Below are positions 28,766 through 42,829 of a stretch of 64,000 nucleotides of DNA, in pieces. Position 1 is the stretch's first letter. The number at the start of each line of letters is the position of its first letter. The notes beneath the pieces were generated by a model that saw nothing but the letters and a program-made list of their open reading frames with translations, did not search any database and had not been told where the DNA came from. Position numbers and translations under genes: made by a program. The DNA is from an uncultured Pelagibacteraceae bacterium (lineage in GTDB: Bacteria; Pseudomonadota; Alphaproteobacteria; Pelagibacterales; Pelagibacteraceae): assembly GCA_902566945.1 (NCBI GenBank), contig CACFKZ010000002.1, positions 4,918-68,917 on the forward strand. Reading direction: 5' to 3'.

Positions 28766-29898
28766 AAAAAATTATAATAGTTTCTACCGTGTTTTCGCTA
28801 ATTTTCTTCTCAACGACCTATTCAAAAAATGAATTATATGAAAAAATTGATCTTTTCGGAGAAGTTTTAGAAAATATTAAAAAAGAATATGTTGATGACA
28901 TTGATCAAGCTGAAGTAATGGAATCTGCAATCAATGGTGTGCTTCAATCGTTAGACCCGTATTCGGCTTATATGAGCCCTGAACTTTTTAAAGAAATGCA
29001 AACTGATACTAGAGGCGAGTTTGGTGGTTTAGGGATTGAAATAGGAATGGAGTCTGGGGTCGTTAAAGTTATTTCACCAATAGATGATACACCCGCGGCA
29101 AAAGCTGGTATTAAGGCTGGGGACTACATTGTTAAAATTGGTAAAGAGCAAGTTCAAGGTAAATCTCTTTTAGAAGCAGTAAAATTAATGAGAGGTCCAG
29201 TTGGTACATCAATAAATCTTACTGTAAGACGAAAAAATGTAAAAAAACCAATTGAGTTCACAATTATTAGGAGGACAATAGAAGTACAATCTGTTAGCTC
29301 AAAAATTATTGGTGACCAAAAAAATTTGGGATACATAAGGCTAAAATCATTCAATGAAAACAGCGACAAACAATTTTTAAAATCTGTAAAAGAATTTGAA
29401 AAGAAACCAAGAATTAAAGGATATGTTCTTGATTTGAGAAATAATCCAGGAGGATTATTGACTCAAGCAATAAATATAACCGATTTTTTTTTAGATGATG
29501 GAGAAATAGTTTCGACTAAAGGTAGGAAAATTTCGGAAACTAGAAAGTTTTTTGCAAGAAGAGGTGACGAAGTTAAAGGAAAACCAATAGTTGTTTTAAT
29601 TAATAATGGCTCTGCTTCAGCATCAGAGATTTTTGCTGGCGCTTTGAAAGATCACAAAAGAGCTATAATTTTAGGAGAAAATTCCTATGGTAAAGGCTCT
29701 GTACAATCAATTATACCTTTAACAAATGGTGGGGGTATAAGGTTAACTATATCAAAATATTATCTCCCTTCTGGAAAGTCTATTTCTGAGGTAGGAGTAA
29801 CACCTGACATATTGGTAGAGGCGGAGGGTGAAGATTTTCAAATTAATTCTGATAAAGATAACCAGTTAAATTACGCTATAAAACTTTTTAATTCTTAA
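28762..29898 (+). CDS. ctpA: Carboxyl-terminal processing protease (S41)
   Basis: LDPYS, PDZ GGLGIEI, DLRNNPGG, SASASEI, GKGSVQ. Confidence 0.93.
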   Translation: MKKIIIVSTVFSLIFFSTTYSKNELYEKIDLFGEVLENIKKEYVDDIDQAEVMESAINGVLQSLDPYSAYMSPELFKEMQTDTRGEFGGLGIEIGMESGVVKVISPIDDTPAAKAGIKAGDYIVKIGKEQVQGKSLLEAVKLMRGPVGTSINLTVRRKNVKKPIEFTIIRRTIEVQSVSSKIIGDQKNLGYIRLKSFNENSDKQFLKSVKEFEKKPRIKGYVLDLRNNPGGLLTQAINITDFFLDDGEIVSTKGRKISETRKFFARRGDEVKGKPIVVLINNGSASASEIFAGALKDHKRAIILGENSYGKGSVQSIIPLTNGGGIRLTISKYYLPSGKSISEVGVTPDILVEAEGEDFQINSDKDNQLNYAIKLFNS

Positions 29899-29901
29899 AT
29901 A

Positions 29902-30372
29902 ATGATTATGCACACTCTTCCTTTGCGAAAAGGTGTTGGTGTTATAGTTTTAAATCATGAAAATAAAGTTTTTGTTGGTAAAAGAAAAGACAATCCAATT
30001 GATAAATGGCAGATGCCTCAAGGAGGTGTTGATCAAGGAGAAAGTTTTCTTACTGCTATGAAAAGGGAACTTTTTGAAGAAACTAATATTCAAAGTATAA
30101 AAGTGGTAAAAGAAATAGATGGATTTTTTGAATACGAATTACCTAAAGAATTGGTTGGTATTATTTGGAAAGGAAAATATAGAGGCCAAAAACAAAAATG
30201 GTTCATTGTTAAATTTATTGGTGATGAAGATGAAATAAACCTTAAAACAAAAAATCCTGAATTTGTTGAATGGAAATGGATTTTTCCAGATAAACTTCCA
30301 ACCGTAATAGTTAGTTTTAAAAAAGAAATGTATATTGAGTTATTAAAAAGTATAAAAAAGTTTATTGGTTGA
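29902..30372 (+). CDS. rppH: RNA pyrophosphohydrolase
   Basis: WQMPQGGVD..E....RELFEE Nudix box, GQKQKWF. Confidence 0.93.
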   Translation: MIMHTLPLRKGVGVIVLNHENKVFVGKRKDNPIDKWQMPQGGVDQGESFLTAMKRELFEETNIQSIKVVKEIDGFFEYELPKELVGIIWKGKYRGQKQKWFIVKFIGDEDEINLKTKNPEFVEWKWIFPDKLPTVIVSFKKEMYIELLKSIKKFIG

Positions 30373-30750
30373 TATTTTTAAGTGTATCTAATTTGTAAGA
30401 TAATAGATACCTTTCTTTATCTGTAATTTCGCCTTCACTTAATTTTTTTTCAACTTTACCGATAATAGTACTTAATGACTTCTTATCTATATTTGAAATT
30501 TCTTTTGCAGTTGAAGTAAGAATTAAAAGATTATTATTTGAAAATTCTACTGTTCCATCTTCTACAAAATATTTTCTCTCTATTTGATCTTTTATTTCAA
30601 TTATACCTGGTCTTAAAAAAGTTATTAGTGGTATGTGATCTTTTAAAATACCCATTTCACCTTCAAAGGAAGGAATGATAACTTCTATCGTATCAGATTT
30701 AATAATCGATTTGTCTGGTGATATGATTTCAACTGTGAATTTTTCAGACA

Positions 30751-30751
<1 letters not shown>
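30362..30751 (-). CDS. atpC: ATP synthase F1 epsilon subunit
   Basis: IISPD, GEMGILKDH; last gene of the F1 operon. Confidence 0.93.
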
Positions 30752-33049
<2,298 letters not shown>

Positions 33050-33050
<1 letters not shown>

Positions 33051-34579
33051 TATTTCTTACCTTTTTTGTACTCTTCAATTATTTGAGCTAAAAGTTTTTC
33101 ATTATTTTCTTCTAGTTTACCAGTTGATTGAATATCAGTTATGATTTCTGGTTTTTCAGATTTAATTTTCTCGATAATTTCCTTCTCAAACATTTTAATT
33201 GAACTTAAATCTATATCGTCTAAATAACCTTTTACGCCAGTGAAAACTGATACAACCTGTTCTGCAACAGTCATAGGAGAATATTGATCCTGCTTTAATA
33301 ATTCAGTAAGTTTTGCACCTCGATTTAATAATTGTTGAGTAGAAGCATCTAGATCAGAACCAAATTGTGCGAAAGCCGCCATCTCTCTATACTGAGCTAA
33401 TTCTAATTTTATTGATCCAGCAACTTTTTTCATTGCTTTAGTTTGAGCTGCAGAACCTACTCTAGATACAGATAAACCAACGTTAACTGCTGGCCTTATT
33501 CCTTGATTAAACAATTCTGTTTCTAAAAATATTTGTCCATCTGTGATTGAAATCACATTAGTTGGAATATAAGCAGAGACATCTCCTGCTTGTGTCTCGA
33601 TAATAGGAAGGGCAGTCAAAGAACCGCCTCCTTTTTTATCACTCAGTTTAGCTGCGCGTTCTAATAATCTACTATGTAAGTAAAATACATCTCCAGGATA
33701 AGCTTCTCTTCCTGGCGGTCGTCTTAATAATAATGACATTTGTCTATAAGCTACAGCTTGTTTTGATAAATCATCATAAACAATCAAAGCATGCATACCA
33801 TTGTCCCGAAAATATTCACCTATTGTACATCCAGTGTAGGGTGCTAAAAATTGTAAAGGAGCAGAATCTGATGCAGTTGCAGCAACTATTGTAGTATATT
33901 TTAATGCACCTGCTTCTTCTAAAGTTTTTGTAATTTGTGCAACAGTTGATCTTTTCTGTCCAATTGCAACGTAAACGCAATATAATTTTTTTTTCTCGTC
34001 TGAAGAATCATTTATATTTTTTTGATTAATAATCGCATCGATTGCTACTGCAGTCTTCCCAGTCTGTCTATCTCCAATTATTAATTCTCTTTGACCTCTT
34101 CCTATTGGAATAAGAGAGTCTATAGATTTTAAACCAGTTTGCATTGGTTCATTTACTGATTGTCTCGGAATTATTCCTGGCGCTTTAACTTCAACACGTT
34201 TTCTATTTTTAGCAGAGAGTGTGCCTTTGCCGTCAATTGGGTTTCCTAATCCATCAACCACTCTGCCTAGAAGCTCTTTACCTACTGGAACATCTACAAT
34301 TGCATTGGTTCTTTTAATTGTGTCTCCTTCTTTAATACTTCTATCATCACCAAATACAACCACACCCACGTTGTCATTTTCTAAATTTAAGGCCATACCC
34401 TTAGATCCATCTTCAAATTCTACCATTTCGCCAGCTTGTACATTATCCAACCCATAAACTCTTGCAATACCGTCGCCTACCGATAAAACTTTTCCAATTT
34501 CAGATACTTCGGCTTTTTCTCCAAAATTTTTAATTTGATCTTTTAGTAATTTAGTTATTTCCGAGGGATTAATTGCCAT
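33050..34579 (-). CDS. atpA: ATP synthase F1 alpha subunit
   Basis: [31 protein letters not shown]. Confidence 0.99.
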
Positions 34580-34580
34580 T

Positions 34581-35138
34581 TTAATTTTCTAACATTGCTT
34601 TCTCGTAATTCTTAAGTTTATTTTTTATTGAGGAGTCAATCATAAAGCTTCCGAGTTGAAGTTTTAATCCACCAATAAGTTCTTTATCCACTTTATAATC
34701 AAGTTTTAAATTTGAACCCATTGCTTTTGATAAATCTTTACTAATTGTCCCAAGTTCAGATTGTGATAGATCTTTAGATGAAATTAACGAAGCATTTATT
34801 TCACCTCTTTTTTTTGAACACAGTTTAATAAAACTTTCAAAAATCTTTTTTACAAAAAAAATTCTTCTTTTTTCAATTAATAATAAAAGGAAATTTTTTA
34901 AGTTTTTAGAAAATTTTAAATTATCTGATAATATATTTATTACACTCGAGTTTTGTTCAAAGTTTTGAGTAGGATTTTTAATAAAATTTTCAATTTCTGA
35001 ACTTGAATTTAAGATCAATAAAAAGTTGTTTATATCATTCTGTACTTTGTCTAATTCATTGGACTCTTTACAAACCTCGAATAAAGCACGCGAATACCTT
35101 TCTGAGGTTTCAGTAGAGAAAGATTTATTTGAGCTCAT
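34581..35138 (-). CDS. atpH: ATP synthase F1 delta subunit
   Basis: [21 protein letters not shown]. Confidence 0.95.
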   Translation of the reverse strand: MSSNKSFSTETSERYSRALFEVCKESNELDKVQNDINNFLLILNSSSEIENFIKNPTQNFEQNSSVINILSDNLKFSKNLKNFLLLLIEKRRIFFVKKIFESFIKLCSKKRGEINASLISSKDLSQSELGTISKDLSKAMGSNLKLDYKVDKELIGGLKLQLGSFMIDSSIKNKLKNYEKAMLEN

Positions 35139-35218
35139 TTTTAGTTGTAAGAATTATTATGAAATATGATGAGGTCGTACCATAAGAGTATACCTTGATC
35201 AAGTTTGCAATTTTGACG

Positions 35219-37162
35219 TTAAGAGAAATTGATGGGATCAACATCAACCGTAAGTTTTATTTTAGATGAGATTTTAAGCCCATTTAGGACCCTTGCAATT
35301 TTTTTTTGCATTAAAGAGCGATAATTAAACCTTATTAATAATCTAGATCTAAAATTTTTTTTTATTTTTAATAAAGGAGAGTCAACAGGTCCCAAAACTT
35401 CGAGATCATTTATATTATTTAGTTTAGTTTTAATCTCTCTTGCTCCTTGTAAACTTAAACTTCGACTCTTTGCGGAAATGATTATAGCAATCAGTCTTAA
35501 AAAAGGAGGTAACTTATTTTTTTTTCTCAAGACAAGCTCATTAATAAGAAGTTTTTCAGATTTATTTTTTATTAATTCATTTAGCGTTAAGTCTGATGGA
35601 GAAACAGTTTGATATATAATCAAAGACTTTGAACTAAATCTTCCTGCTCTACCACTCAATTGATGATAGAGTTGAATATTTTTTTCTGTTGTTCTTAAAT
35701 CGTACCCTCTACCAGAAAAATCTGCATCAATTACAACTATACAATTTAAGTTAGGAAAATTGAAACCTTTTGAGATCATTTGAGTACCTATGATTATATT
35801 TATTTTATTTTCTTTAATATCTTTGAATAACTTTTCTGTTTTCTCTTTCTTATTCAAATAATCACTAGAAAATATTACAATTTTTTTATTTGGAAATATA
35901 GTTTGTACTTCTTCAAATATTTTTTCTACGCCTGGCCCATACATTATAAATTCACAGTTTCTATCTGATTTACATTTTGTTTTTATATCTTTTTCAAAAG
36001 AACAATGATGGCAGATAGCTCTATTTTTAAACTTATGAAATGTGAGATACAATGAGCAATTTGGACAAGTTATTTTGTAACCACACTTTTTACAAATTAA
36101 ATATGGTGCGAACCCTCGTCTATTAATAAAAAATAATACCTGTTCTTTTTTTTTTAAATACGTATTAACTAAATTTATTGTCTCATTAGCAATAAACTTA
36201 TCTTTAATTTTTTTAATATTTAGATTTACAATTTTTGTATCTGGTAAAGGGTATTCATTATACCTTTTATTTATCTTAACATGCCTGTATTTTTTATTAC
36301 AAATATTGTTATATGTTTCAATAGATGGAATAGAAGAGACTAGATGTATAGGAATATTTTCAAAATTAGCTCTTGAGATAGCCATATCCCTGGCATTATA
36401 AATTACACCTTCATCCTGTTTATAAGAAGTATCGTGTTCCTCATCAACAATGATTATTCCAAGTTTTTTAAATGGCAAAAGTAAAGCTGACCTTGCTCCT
36501 ATTAATATTTTTATCTCATTGTTTATTACACCTTTCCAAATTTTTCTTTTATTTTTAGGAGTTATTTTTGAATGCCAAATCGCAGGTTCAAAGCCAAAAA
36601 ATTCCTCAAATCTCAATTTAAAATCATTTGTTAAAAATATTTCTGGCAATAAAACAAGAGCTTGACTATTTTGCTTAATAATCTTTTTGATTCTTTCAAA
36701 GTAAACCAGAGTTTTTCCTGAACCAGTGGTGCCTTGTAAGACAGCCACATCAAATCTATTTTTTACTTTTTCGAGAAAAATAAGCGCATCTGATTGTTCT
36801 TGATTTAGTTTGAAAATTTTTTTTGGCGTTTTTTTGGGTTTTAAAAAATCATCTTTTATTCTAATAAATTTATCTGTTCCCCCTATAACCATTTTTAACA
36901 CCAGACCTACGGGCACCATGTTATAAGACGAAAACCACTCTATAAAATCAACCATTTTTCCATCAATTGAATACTCAGTTTTCTTTCTAACGTCTTTTAT
37001 CTTTATATTTTGAGGTACTGGATAAATATTTTTCCACACAACACCTATTTCCTTTTTCGAGCCAAATGGTACTTCTACAAGATCTCCGATTTTATTCTCT
37101 GAACTACAGTTGTAGGTAAAGGGAAAGTTAAATACTTTTGGTAGCAAAACTTGTGCTTTCAT
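35219..37162 (-). CDS. priA: Primosomal protein N' (replication restart helicase), compact form
   Basis: GTTGSGKT, DEEHD, Cys-rich Zn region, GRAGR, VDVDP C-terminus. Confidence 0.95.
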   Translation of the reverse strand: MKAQVLLPKVFNFPFTYNCSSENKIGDLVEVPFGSKKEIGVVWKNIYPVPQNIKIKDVRKKTEYSIDGKMVDFIEWFSSYNMVPVGLVLKMVIGGTDKFIRIKDDFLKPKKTPKKIFKLNQEQSDALIFLEKVKNRFDVAVLQGTTGSGKTLVYFERIKKIIKQNSQALVLLPEIFLTNDFKLRFEEFFGFEPAIWHSKITPKNKRKIWKGVINNEIKILIGARSALLLPFKKLGIIIVDEEHDTSYKQDEGVIYNARDMAISRANFENIPIHLVSSIPSIETYNNICNKKYRHVKINKRYNEYPLPDTKIVNLNIKKIKDKFIANETINLVNTYLKKKEQVLFFINRRGFAPYLICKKCGYKITCPNCSLYLTFHKFKNRAICHHCSFEKDIKTKCKSDRNCEFIMYGPGVEKIFEEVQTIFPNKKIVIFSSDYLNKKEKTEKLFKDIKENKINIIIGTQMISKGFNFPNLNCIVVIDADFSGRGYDLRTTEKNIQLYHQLSGRAGRFSSKSLIIYQTVSPSDLTLNELIKNKSEKLLINELVLRKKNKLPPFLRLIAIIISAKSRSLSLQGAREIKTKLNNINDLEVLGPVDSPLLKIKKNFRSRLLIRFNYRSLMQKKIARVLNGLKISSKIKLTVDVDPINFS

Positions 37163-37190
37163 ACTTTAATAGTATTAAAATTTTTTTGAA

Positions 37191-38591
37191 TTAAAAATGA
37201 ATTGGTCTTTTATCAACAGCTAATGCAGCTTCTTTAATTGCCTCTGTATGAGTTGGGTGCGCATGACATGTTCTAGCAATATCTTCTGCGCTTGCTCCAA
37301 ATTCCATTGCCAAGGCCATTTCTGCAATCATATCACCACAATGTGGACCAATTATATGAACACCTAGAACTTTATCGGTCTTGCTATCAGCTAAAATTTT
37401 TACAAAACCCTCTGTTTCATTATTAACTTTTGCCCTAGAATTAGCTAAAAAAGGAAATTTCCCTACTTTGTAAGATTTTTTTTCTTGTTTCAATTGTTCC
37501 TCTGTTTTTCCAACTGTAGCTACCTCTGGTGAAGTATATATAACTCCTGGAATAACATCATAGTTTACATGACCTGCTTGACCAGCCAAGATTTCAGCCA
37601 CAGCAATACCTTCCTCCTCAGCTTTATGTGCCAGCATTGGACCTTTAACTACGTCACCAATAGCAAAAATATTTTTAATTGATGTTTGTAATTTTTCATT
37701 AACTTCAATTCTTCCTTTTGAGTCCTTTTTAACACCCACTTTAGTTAAATTTAAACCTTCCGTGTATGGTCTTCTTCCAACTGAAACGAGGACTTTATCA
37801 AAATCAAGAATTTCATCCTTAGAGTCTTTTATATTAGTATAATTTATAGAAACACCTGTGCTTGTATTTTTTACAGAATTGACTTTTGATCCCATTTTAA
37901 ATTTTATGCCCTGTTTTGTAAGAATCTTTTTAAACTCGTTTGAAATTTCTCTATCCATCCCTGGAGTGATATAATCAAGATATTCAATAACTGTAACTTC
38001 TGAGCCAAGCCTTGACCATACAGAACCCATCTCAAGACCTATATATCCTCCTCCTATAATTGCTAATTTTTTTGGGACTTTGTTTAATGATAAGGCACCG
38101 GTGGACGAAATTATATTTTTTTCATCTATTTCAATTCCAGGTAAGGATGTAACTGCAGATCCAGTTGCAATTACAATATTTTTAGATTTATAGTTTGTTT
38201 TTTTGTTATTCTCATAAACTACGATATCATTTTTAGAAAACAAAACACCTTTTCCTTTAATATATGTGACTTTATTCTTTTTGAATAAAAATTCTACGCC
38301 TTTAGTAAGGACTTGAATAGATTTATTCTTATTCGACATCATTTTCTCAATATTAAGTTTGATACCTTCAATTTCTATACCTTGTTGATTAAAATCTTTT
38401 TTGGCTTTATGAAAGTTTTCAGATAAATTTAATAAGCTTTTTGATGGAATACATCCCACATTTAAACAAGTTCCCCCTAATGCTCCTCTAGACTCTATAC
38501 AAGCTGCTTTCAAACCGAGCTGTGCTGCTCTAATCGCACAAACATAACCTCCAGGTCCGCCACCAATTACTATTATGTCAAAATTATCCAT
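37191..38591 (-). CDS. lpdA: Dihydrolipoyl dehydrogenase
   Basis: GGGPGGY, GGTCLNVGCIPSK, HAHPTHTE. Confidence 0.98.
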   Translation of the reverse strand: MDNFDIIVIGGGPGGYVCAIRAAQLGLKAACIESRGALGGTCLNVGCIPSKSLLNLSENFHKAKKDFNQQGIEIEGIKLNIEKMMSNKNKSIQVLTKGVEFLFKKNKVTYIKGKGVLFSKNDIVVYENNKKTNYKSKNIVIATGSAVTSLPGIEIDEKNIISSTGALSLNKVPKKLAIIGGGYIGLEMGSVWSRLGSEVTVIEYLDYITPGMDREISNEFKKILTKQGIKFKMGSKVNSVKNTSTGVSINYTNIKDSKDEILDFDKVLVSVGRRPYTEGLNLTKVGVKKDSKGRIEVNEKLQTSIKNIFAIGDVVKGPMLAHKAEEEGIAVAEILAGQAGHVNYDVIPGVIYTSPEVATVGKTEEQLKQEKKSYKVGKFPFLANSRAKVNNETEGFVKILADSKTDKVLGVHIIGPHCGDMIAEMALAMEFGASAEDIARTCHAHPTHTEAIKEAALAVDKRPIHF

Positions 38592-38592
38592 T

Positions 38593-39912
38593 TTAAATGT
38601 TCAAAAAAAGTCTTTTTGGTTGCTCCAAAGACTCTTTCACTATTTTTAGAAACGATACAGCCTCTTTGCCATCAATAATTCTATGATCGTAAGATAAAGC
38701 TAAATACATTACTGGTCTAATCTCAACATTTCCATCAATTACAATCGGTCTATCAACAATGTTATGCATGCCAAGAACTGCTGACTGCGGTGGATTTAAT
38801 ATTGGAGTTGAAAGCATAGATCCATAAATACCGCCGTTAGTAATTGTAAAAGTTCCTCCTTGCAGGTCCTCTATAGTTATTTTTCCATCTCTAGCTTTTT
38901 GTCCTAGTGTAGCAATATTTTTTTCTATGTCAGCGAAAGACATTTCATCGGTTTCTTTTAATACTGGAACAACCAGACCTCTATCAGTGCCAACTGCAAT
39001 ACTTATATTGTAATAATTCTTATAAACAATTTCTTCTCCTTGAATTTCAGCGTTAATTGATGGATAATTTTTTAACCCAATCACACAAGCTTTTACAAAA
39101 AAGGACATAAATCCAAGTTTAGCTTCGTATTTATTTTGAAACTCATCTTTGTACTGTTTTCTCATTGAAATTACCTCACTCATATCCACTTCGTTAAAAG
39201 TTGTTAACATTGCAGCATTTTCTTGAGCCTCTTTAAGTCTTTTAGCGATTGTAAGCCTCAACCTTGTCATCCTAACTCTTTCCTCAGGGCCGTATTTAAT
39301 TTTACGTTCAGATGGAGATGGTTTTGATCCCATTAGGCTCATAATGTCTTCTTTTAAAATTACGCCATTTTTTCCTGTTCCTTGTATCTTATCAATATCA
39401 ACTCTTGCTTCGGCTGCCATCTTTCTAGCTGCTGGAGATATTTTAGTTTCTTTTCTCTGAGTAATTGTTTTTTTTGCAGCTACCTTATTTGAATGAACTT
39501 CTTCTAAAATTAATGGCTCTTCATTTTCATCAATACTTTCCTGATCTAATGTTAAAACAGGTTCCTTAAAAGTTTGTTTATTTACTCTCTTAGTAACTGG
39601 TTTTTTTACAGTATCTTTTTTTGGTGGATTGTAATTTTTAATTTCCTCATTTTTTTGATTTATATCTTGAGTTGAGTTGTTGCTAATAGTGCCTAATAAA
39701 GATCCAACATTTACTGTCTCGCCCTCTTTTACTGCTATACTTCCTAAAACACCATTTGATGGTGCTGGCACTTCAACGTTTACCTTATCTGTCTCTAATT
39801 CAACAACAGGTTCATCCGCTATGACTTTATCACCTTGAGATTTAAGCCATCTTGAAACTGTGGCCTCTGTGACCGACTCACCTAGTGTAGGAACTGTAAT
39901 TTTTTCTGACAT
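38593..39912 (-). CDS. sucB: 2-oxoglutarate dehydrogenase E2 (dihydrolipoyl succinyltransferase)
   Basis: Lipoyl ETDKV, E3-binding domain, DHRIIDG. Confidence 0.97.
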   Translation of the reverse strand: MSEKITVPTLGESVTEATVSRWLKSQGDKVIADEPVVELETDKVNVEVPAPSNGVLGSIAVKEGETVNVGSLLGTISNNSTQDINQKNEEIKNYNPPKKDTVKKPVTKRVNKQTFKEPVLTLDQESIDENEEPLILEEVHSNKVAAKKTITQRKETKISPAARKMAAEARVDIDKIQGTGKNGVILKEDIMSLMGSKPSPSERKIKYGPEERVRMTRLRLTIAKRLKEAQENAAMLTTFNEVDMSEVISMRKQYKDEFQNKYEAKLGFMSFFVKACVIGLKNYPSINAEIQGEEIVYKNYYNISIAVGTDRGLVVPVLKETDEMSFADIEKNIATLGQKARDGKITIEDLQGGTFTITNGGIYGSMLSTPILNPPQSAVLGMHNIVDRPIVIDGNVEIRPVMYLALSYDHRIIDGKEAVSFLKIVKESLEQPKRLFLNI

Positions 39913-42798
39913 TTAATTCTTAAGTATCTTTTCTAATATTTCTTTTTGTTCTGCAAGATGTTTATTTGCATTTCCAGTCGCAGTTGAGGAAGATGCCTTT
40001 CTTCCTACATATTTAACGTTGATATCTTTTAAATTTATTATTTCAAGAGTCCTTTCGATATAATTTCTCACAGTATTCCAGGCGCCCATGTTTTTTGGTT
40101 CCTCTTGACACCAAATAAATTTTGCTTTCTTGTAACGTTTAAGTACATTTGCAAGCGTCTTTGCTGGAAATGGGTAGAGCTGCTCTAAACGTACAAAAAT
40201 TACTTCGTTATTTTTGACTCTTTCTCTTTCTTCAATTAGATCATAGTAAATTTTTCCCGAACACATAACTACTTTTTTTACTTTATTGTCTTTTTTAATT
40301 TGAATTAATTTACTTGCTTTAACATAAGCATCGTCTTCTAATATTCTATGAAAAGTGCTCTTGGAAACAAATTCTGATAAATTAGAGACACATCTCTTAT
40401 GTCTCAAAAGAGATTTTGGTGTCATTACGATTAAAGGTTTTCTAAATTCTCTGTGCATTTGTCTCCTTAAAACATGAAAATAATTTGAGGGAGTGGTGCA
40501 ATTAACCACTTGGATATTTTCACCGGCACAAAGTTGAAGAAATCTCTCTAATCTAGCTGAAGAGTGTTCTGGCCCCTGCCCCTCGTATCCATGAGGCAAT
40601 AACATTACTAAGCCGCTAGCTCTTCCCCATTTAGATTCTGATGAGGTAATAAACTGATCAATAATAACTTGGCCCCCATTAGCGAAGTCACCGAATTGTG
40701 CCTCCCATAGTACTAATGTTTCCGGTTCTGATAGCGAATAACCAAATTCAAATCCTAATACTGCGAGTTCAGATAGTAAACTATCTATAACTTCAAACTT
40801 CATTTGACCTTTTTCAATATTATTTAACGGAATATACCTATCATGATTTTCTTGATTTCTTAAAATAGCGTGTCTTTGACTAAATGTTCCTCTTCCTGAG
40901 TCTTGGCCTGACAACCTAACTGAAAATCCCTCGGTTAGCAGTGTACCAATTGCTAAACTTTCGGCCGAAGACCAATCAATTTTACCAGATAAAAAGGATT
41001 GAGTTTTTAACTCAAAAATTCTTTTAAGTGTTTTATGAGCATTGAAGTCAGAAGGAATGGTGAAAATTTTTTTCCCAACTTTCTTTAGTTTCTCTTTATC
41101 AAATCCGCTCACGCCTCTTTTGTCTTTTCCTAGACCAGGTTTAAACCTAGACCAAACACCATCAAACCATTTCAATTCCGATTTGTAGTTTTTTGAGGTC
41201 TCAAATTCTTTTTCTAAAAAATTTTTAAATTCTATTTTTTGCTTCTGCAATTTTTCATCTGATATTAATCCATCGGCAGATAGCTTTTTTCCATATAAAG
41301 TAAGTGTAGTTGGATGAGATTTAATTTTTTTATACATTATTGGTTGCGTAAAAGAAGGCTCATCACCCTCATTGTGACCAAATCTTCTATAACAAACCAT
41401 GTCAATTACCACATCTCTATTAAATTTTTGTCTGTATTCAGTAGCTATCTTTGCACAATGTACTACCGCCTCAGGATCATCGCCGTTCACATGAAATATT
41501 GGAGCTTGAGCAGTTTTGGCAACATCTGATGGATAAGGAGACGACCTAGCAAAACGTGGGGCAGTAGTAAAGCCTATTTGGTTATTAACAATTATATGAA
41601 TAGTACCTCCAATATTATGTCCTGGTAATCCGGACATTGCAAAACACTCTGCTACAATACCTTGTCCAGCAAAGGCAGCGTCGCCGTGCATTAAAACAGG
41701 AATTACTTTTTTTCTATCTTTATCTTTATGAAAAAATTGTTTAGCTCTTACTTGACCTAATACAACTGGATTAACAGCTTCTAAGTGAGATGGATTATCT
41801 GTAAGACTGATATGTACATTATTACCATCAAATTCTCTATTAGATGAGGCTCCAAGGTGATATTTAACATCACCTTCAAAATCTTTGCTTGCACTTACAG
41901 ATTTTCCAAAAAATTCACTAAAAATCGCTCTATAAGGTTTTCCCATTACGTTAGCTAAAACGTTTAATCTACCTCGATGGGGCATACCGATTTTTATTTC
42001 TTTTGCACCTAGATTCCCCCCTCTTTTAATAACTTGTTCTAGCGCAGGTATTAATGACTCTCCGCCATCAAGACCAAATCTTTTTGTTCCAACGAATTTT
42101 ACATGTAAGTATTTTTCAAATCCTTCTGCCTGAACTATTTTGTTTAAAATTGCTCTTTTACCATTTTCTGTGAAAGAAATATTTTTTTCTAGTCCCTCAA
42201 TTCTATTTCTTATCCAAGCTTTTTCATCTGGATCTCCCATATGCATAAACTCATAACCAATATTAGAGCAGTATGTTTTTTTTAGAATTTGCAAAATTTG
42301 TCTCAAATCTGCATATTGAAGTCCGAGAACTCCATCAAGAAATATTTTTCTATTATAATCTTTTTTTGTAAAACCATATGTTTCAGGTTTAAGTTCAGGG
42401 TGTTCCTCTTTTTTTTGAATCGATAATGGATCTAAATTTGCTATTAAATGTCCCCTAATTCTGTATGCTCTAATTAACATTATGGCTCTGACAGAGTCTT
42501 TGGAGGCTTCCTTAATAGAAGCTGAACTATTAATTTCTGTACTTTGATTTTTTTCTAAATTATTTATCTTAATATCAACTTTTTTAATCTTCTTTTCTGG
42601 TGACCAACTAGGCCCTTTAAGATCTTTAAGTATTAGTTTTTCGTCATCACTTAAACCTTCAAAAAAATTTCTCCAACTTTCAGGTAAAGATTTTGAATCT
42701 GATAAATAGTCTGAATAAAATTGATTAATAAATTCTGAATTGATGCCTGATAAAAACGAGGTTTTTTTGAAGGTTGTATTATTATCTGATGACGACAT
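39913..42798 (-). CDS. sucA: 2-oxoglutarate dehydrogenase E1
   Basis: HRGRLNVL, HGDAAF, WEAQFGDFAN, GQGPEHSSAR. Confidence 0.98.
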   Translation of the reverse strand: MSSSDNNTTFKKTSFLSGINSEFINQFYSDYLSDSKSLPESWRNFFEGLSDDEKLILKDLKGPSWSPEKKIKKVDIKINNLEKNQSTEINSSASIKEASKDSVRAIMLIRAYRIRGHLIANLDPLSIQKKEEHPELKPETYGFTKKDYNRKIFLDGVLGLQYADLRQILQILKKTYCSNIGYEFMHMGDPDEKAWIRNRIEGLEKNISFTENGKRAILNKIVQAEGFEKYLHVKFVGTKRFGLDGGESLIPALEQVIKRGGNLGAKEIKIGMPHRGRLNVLANVMGKPYRAIFSEFFGKSVSASKDFEGDVKYHLGASSNREFDGNNVHISLTDNPSHLEAVNPVVLGQVRAKQFFHKDKDRKKVIPVLMHGDAAFAGQGIVAECFAMSGLPGHNIGGTIHIIVNNQIGFTTAPRFARSSPYPSDVAKTAQAPIFHVNGDDPEAVVHCAKIATEYRQKFNRDVVIDMVCYRRFGHNEGDEPSFTQPIMYKKIKSHPTTLTLYGKKLSADGLISDEKLQKQKIEFKNFLEKEFETSKNYKSELKWFDGVWSRFKPGLGKDKRGVSGFDKEKLKKVGKKIFTIPSDFNAHKTLKRIFELKTQSFLSGKIDWSSAESLAIGTLLTEGFSVRLSGQDSGRGTFSQRHAILRNQENHDRYIPLNNIEKGQMKFEVIDSLLSELAVLGFEFGYSLSEPETLVLWEAQFGDFANGGQVIIDQFITSSESKWGRASGLVMLLPHGYEGQGPEHSSARLERFLQLCAGENIQVVNCTTPSNYFHVLRRQMHREFRKPLIVMTPKSLLRHKRCVSNLSEFVSKSTFHRILEDDAYVKASKLIQIKKDNKVKKVVMCSGKIYYDLIEERERVKNNEVIFVRLEQLYPFPAKTLANVLKRYKKAKFIWCQEEPKNMGAWNTVRNYIERTLEIINLKDINVKYVGRKASSSTATGNANKHLAEQKEILEKILKN

Positions 42799-42829
42799 AA
42801 ATTTTTATTTTAACATAAATAAACAAAAA

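Noticed and set aside
35139-35218. Palindrome CTTGATCAAG and a possible atp operon promoter or leader
   Set aside because: The -10 match is weak and the palindrome is short; not enough support for a feature call.
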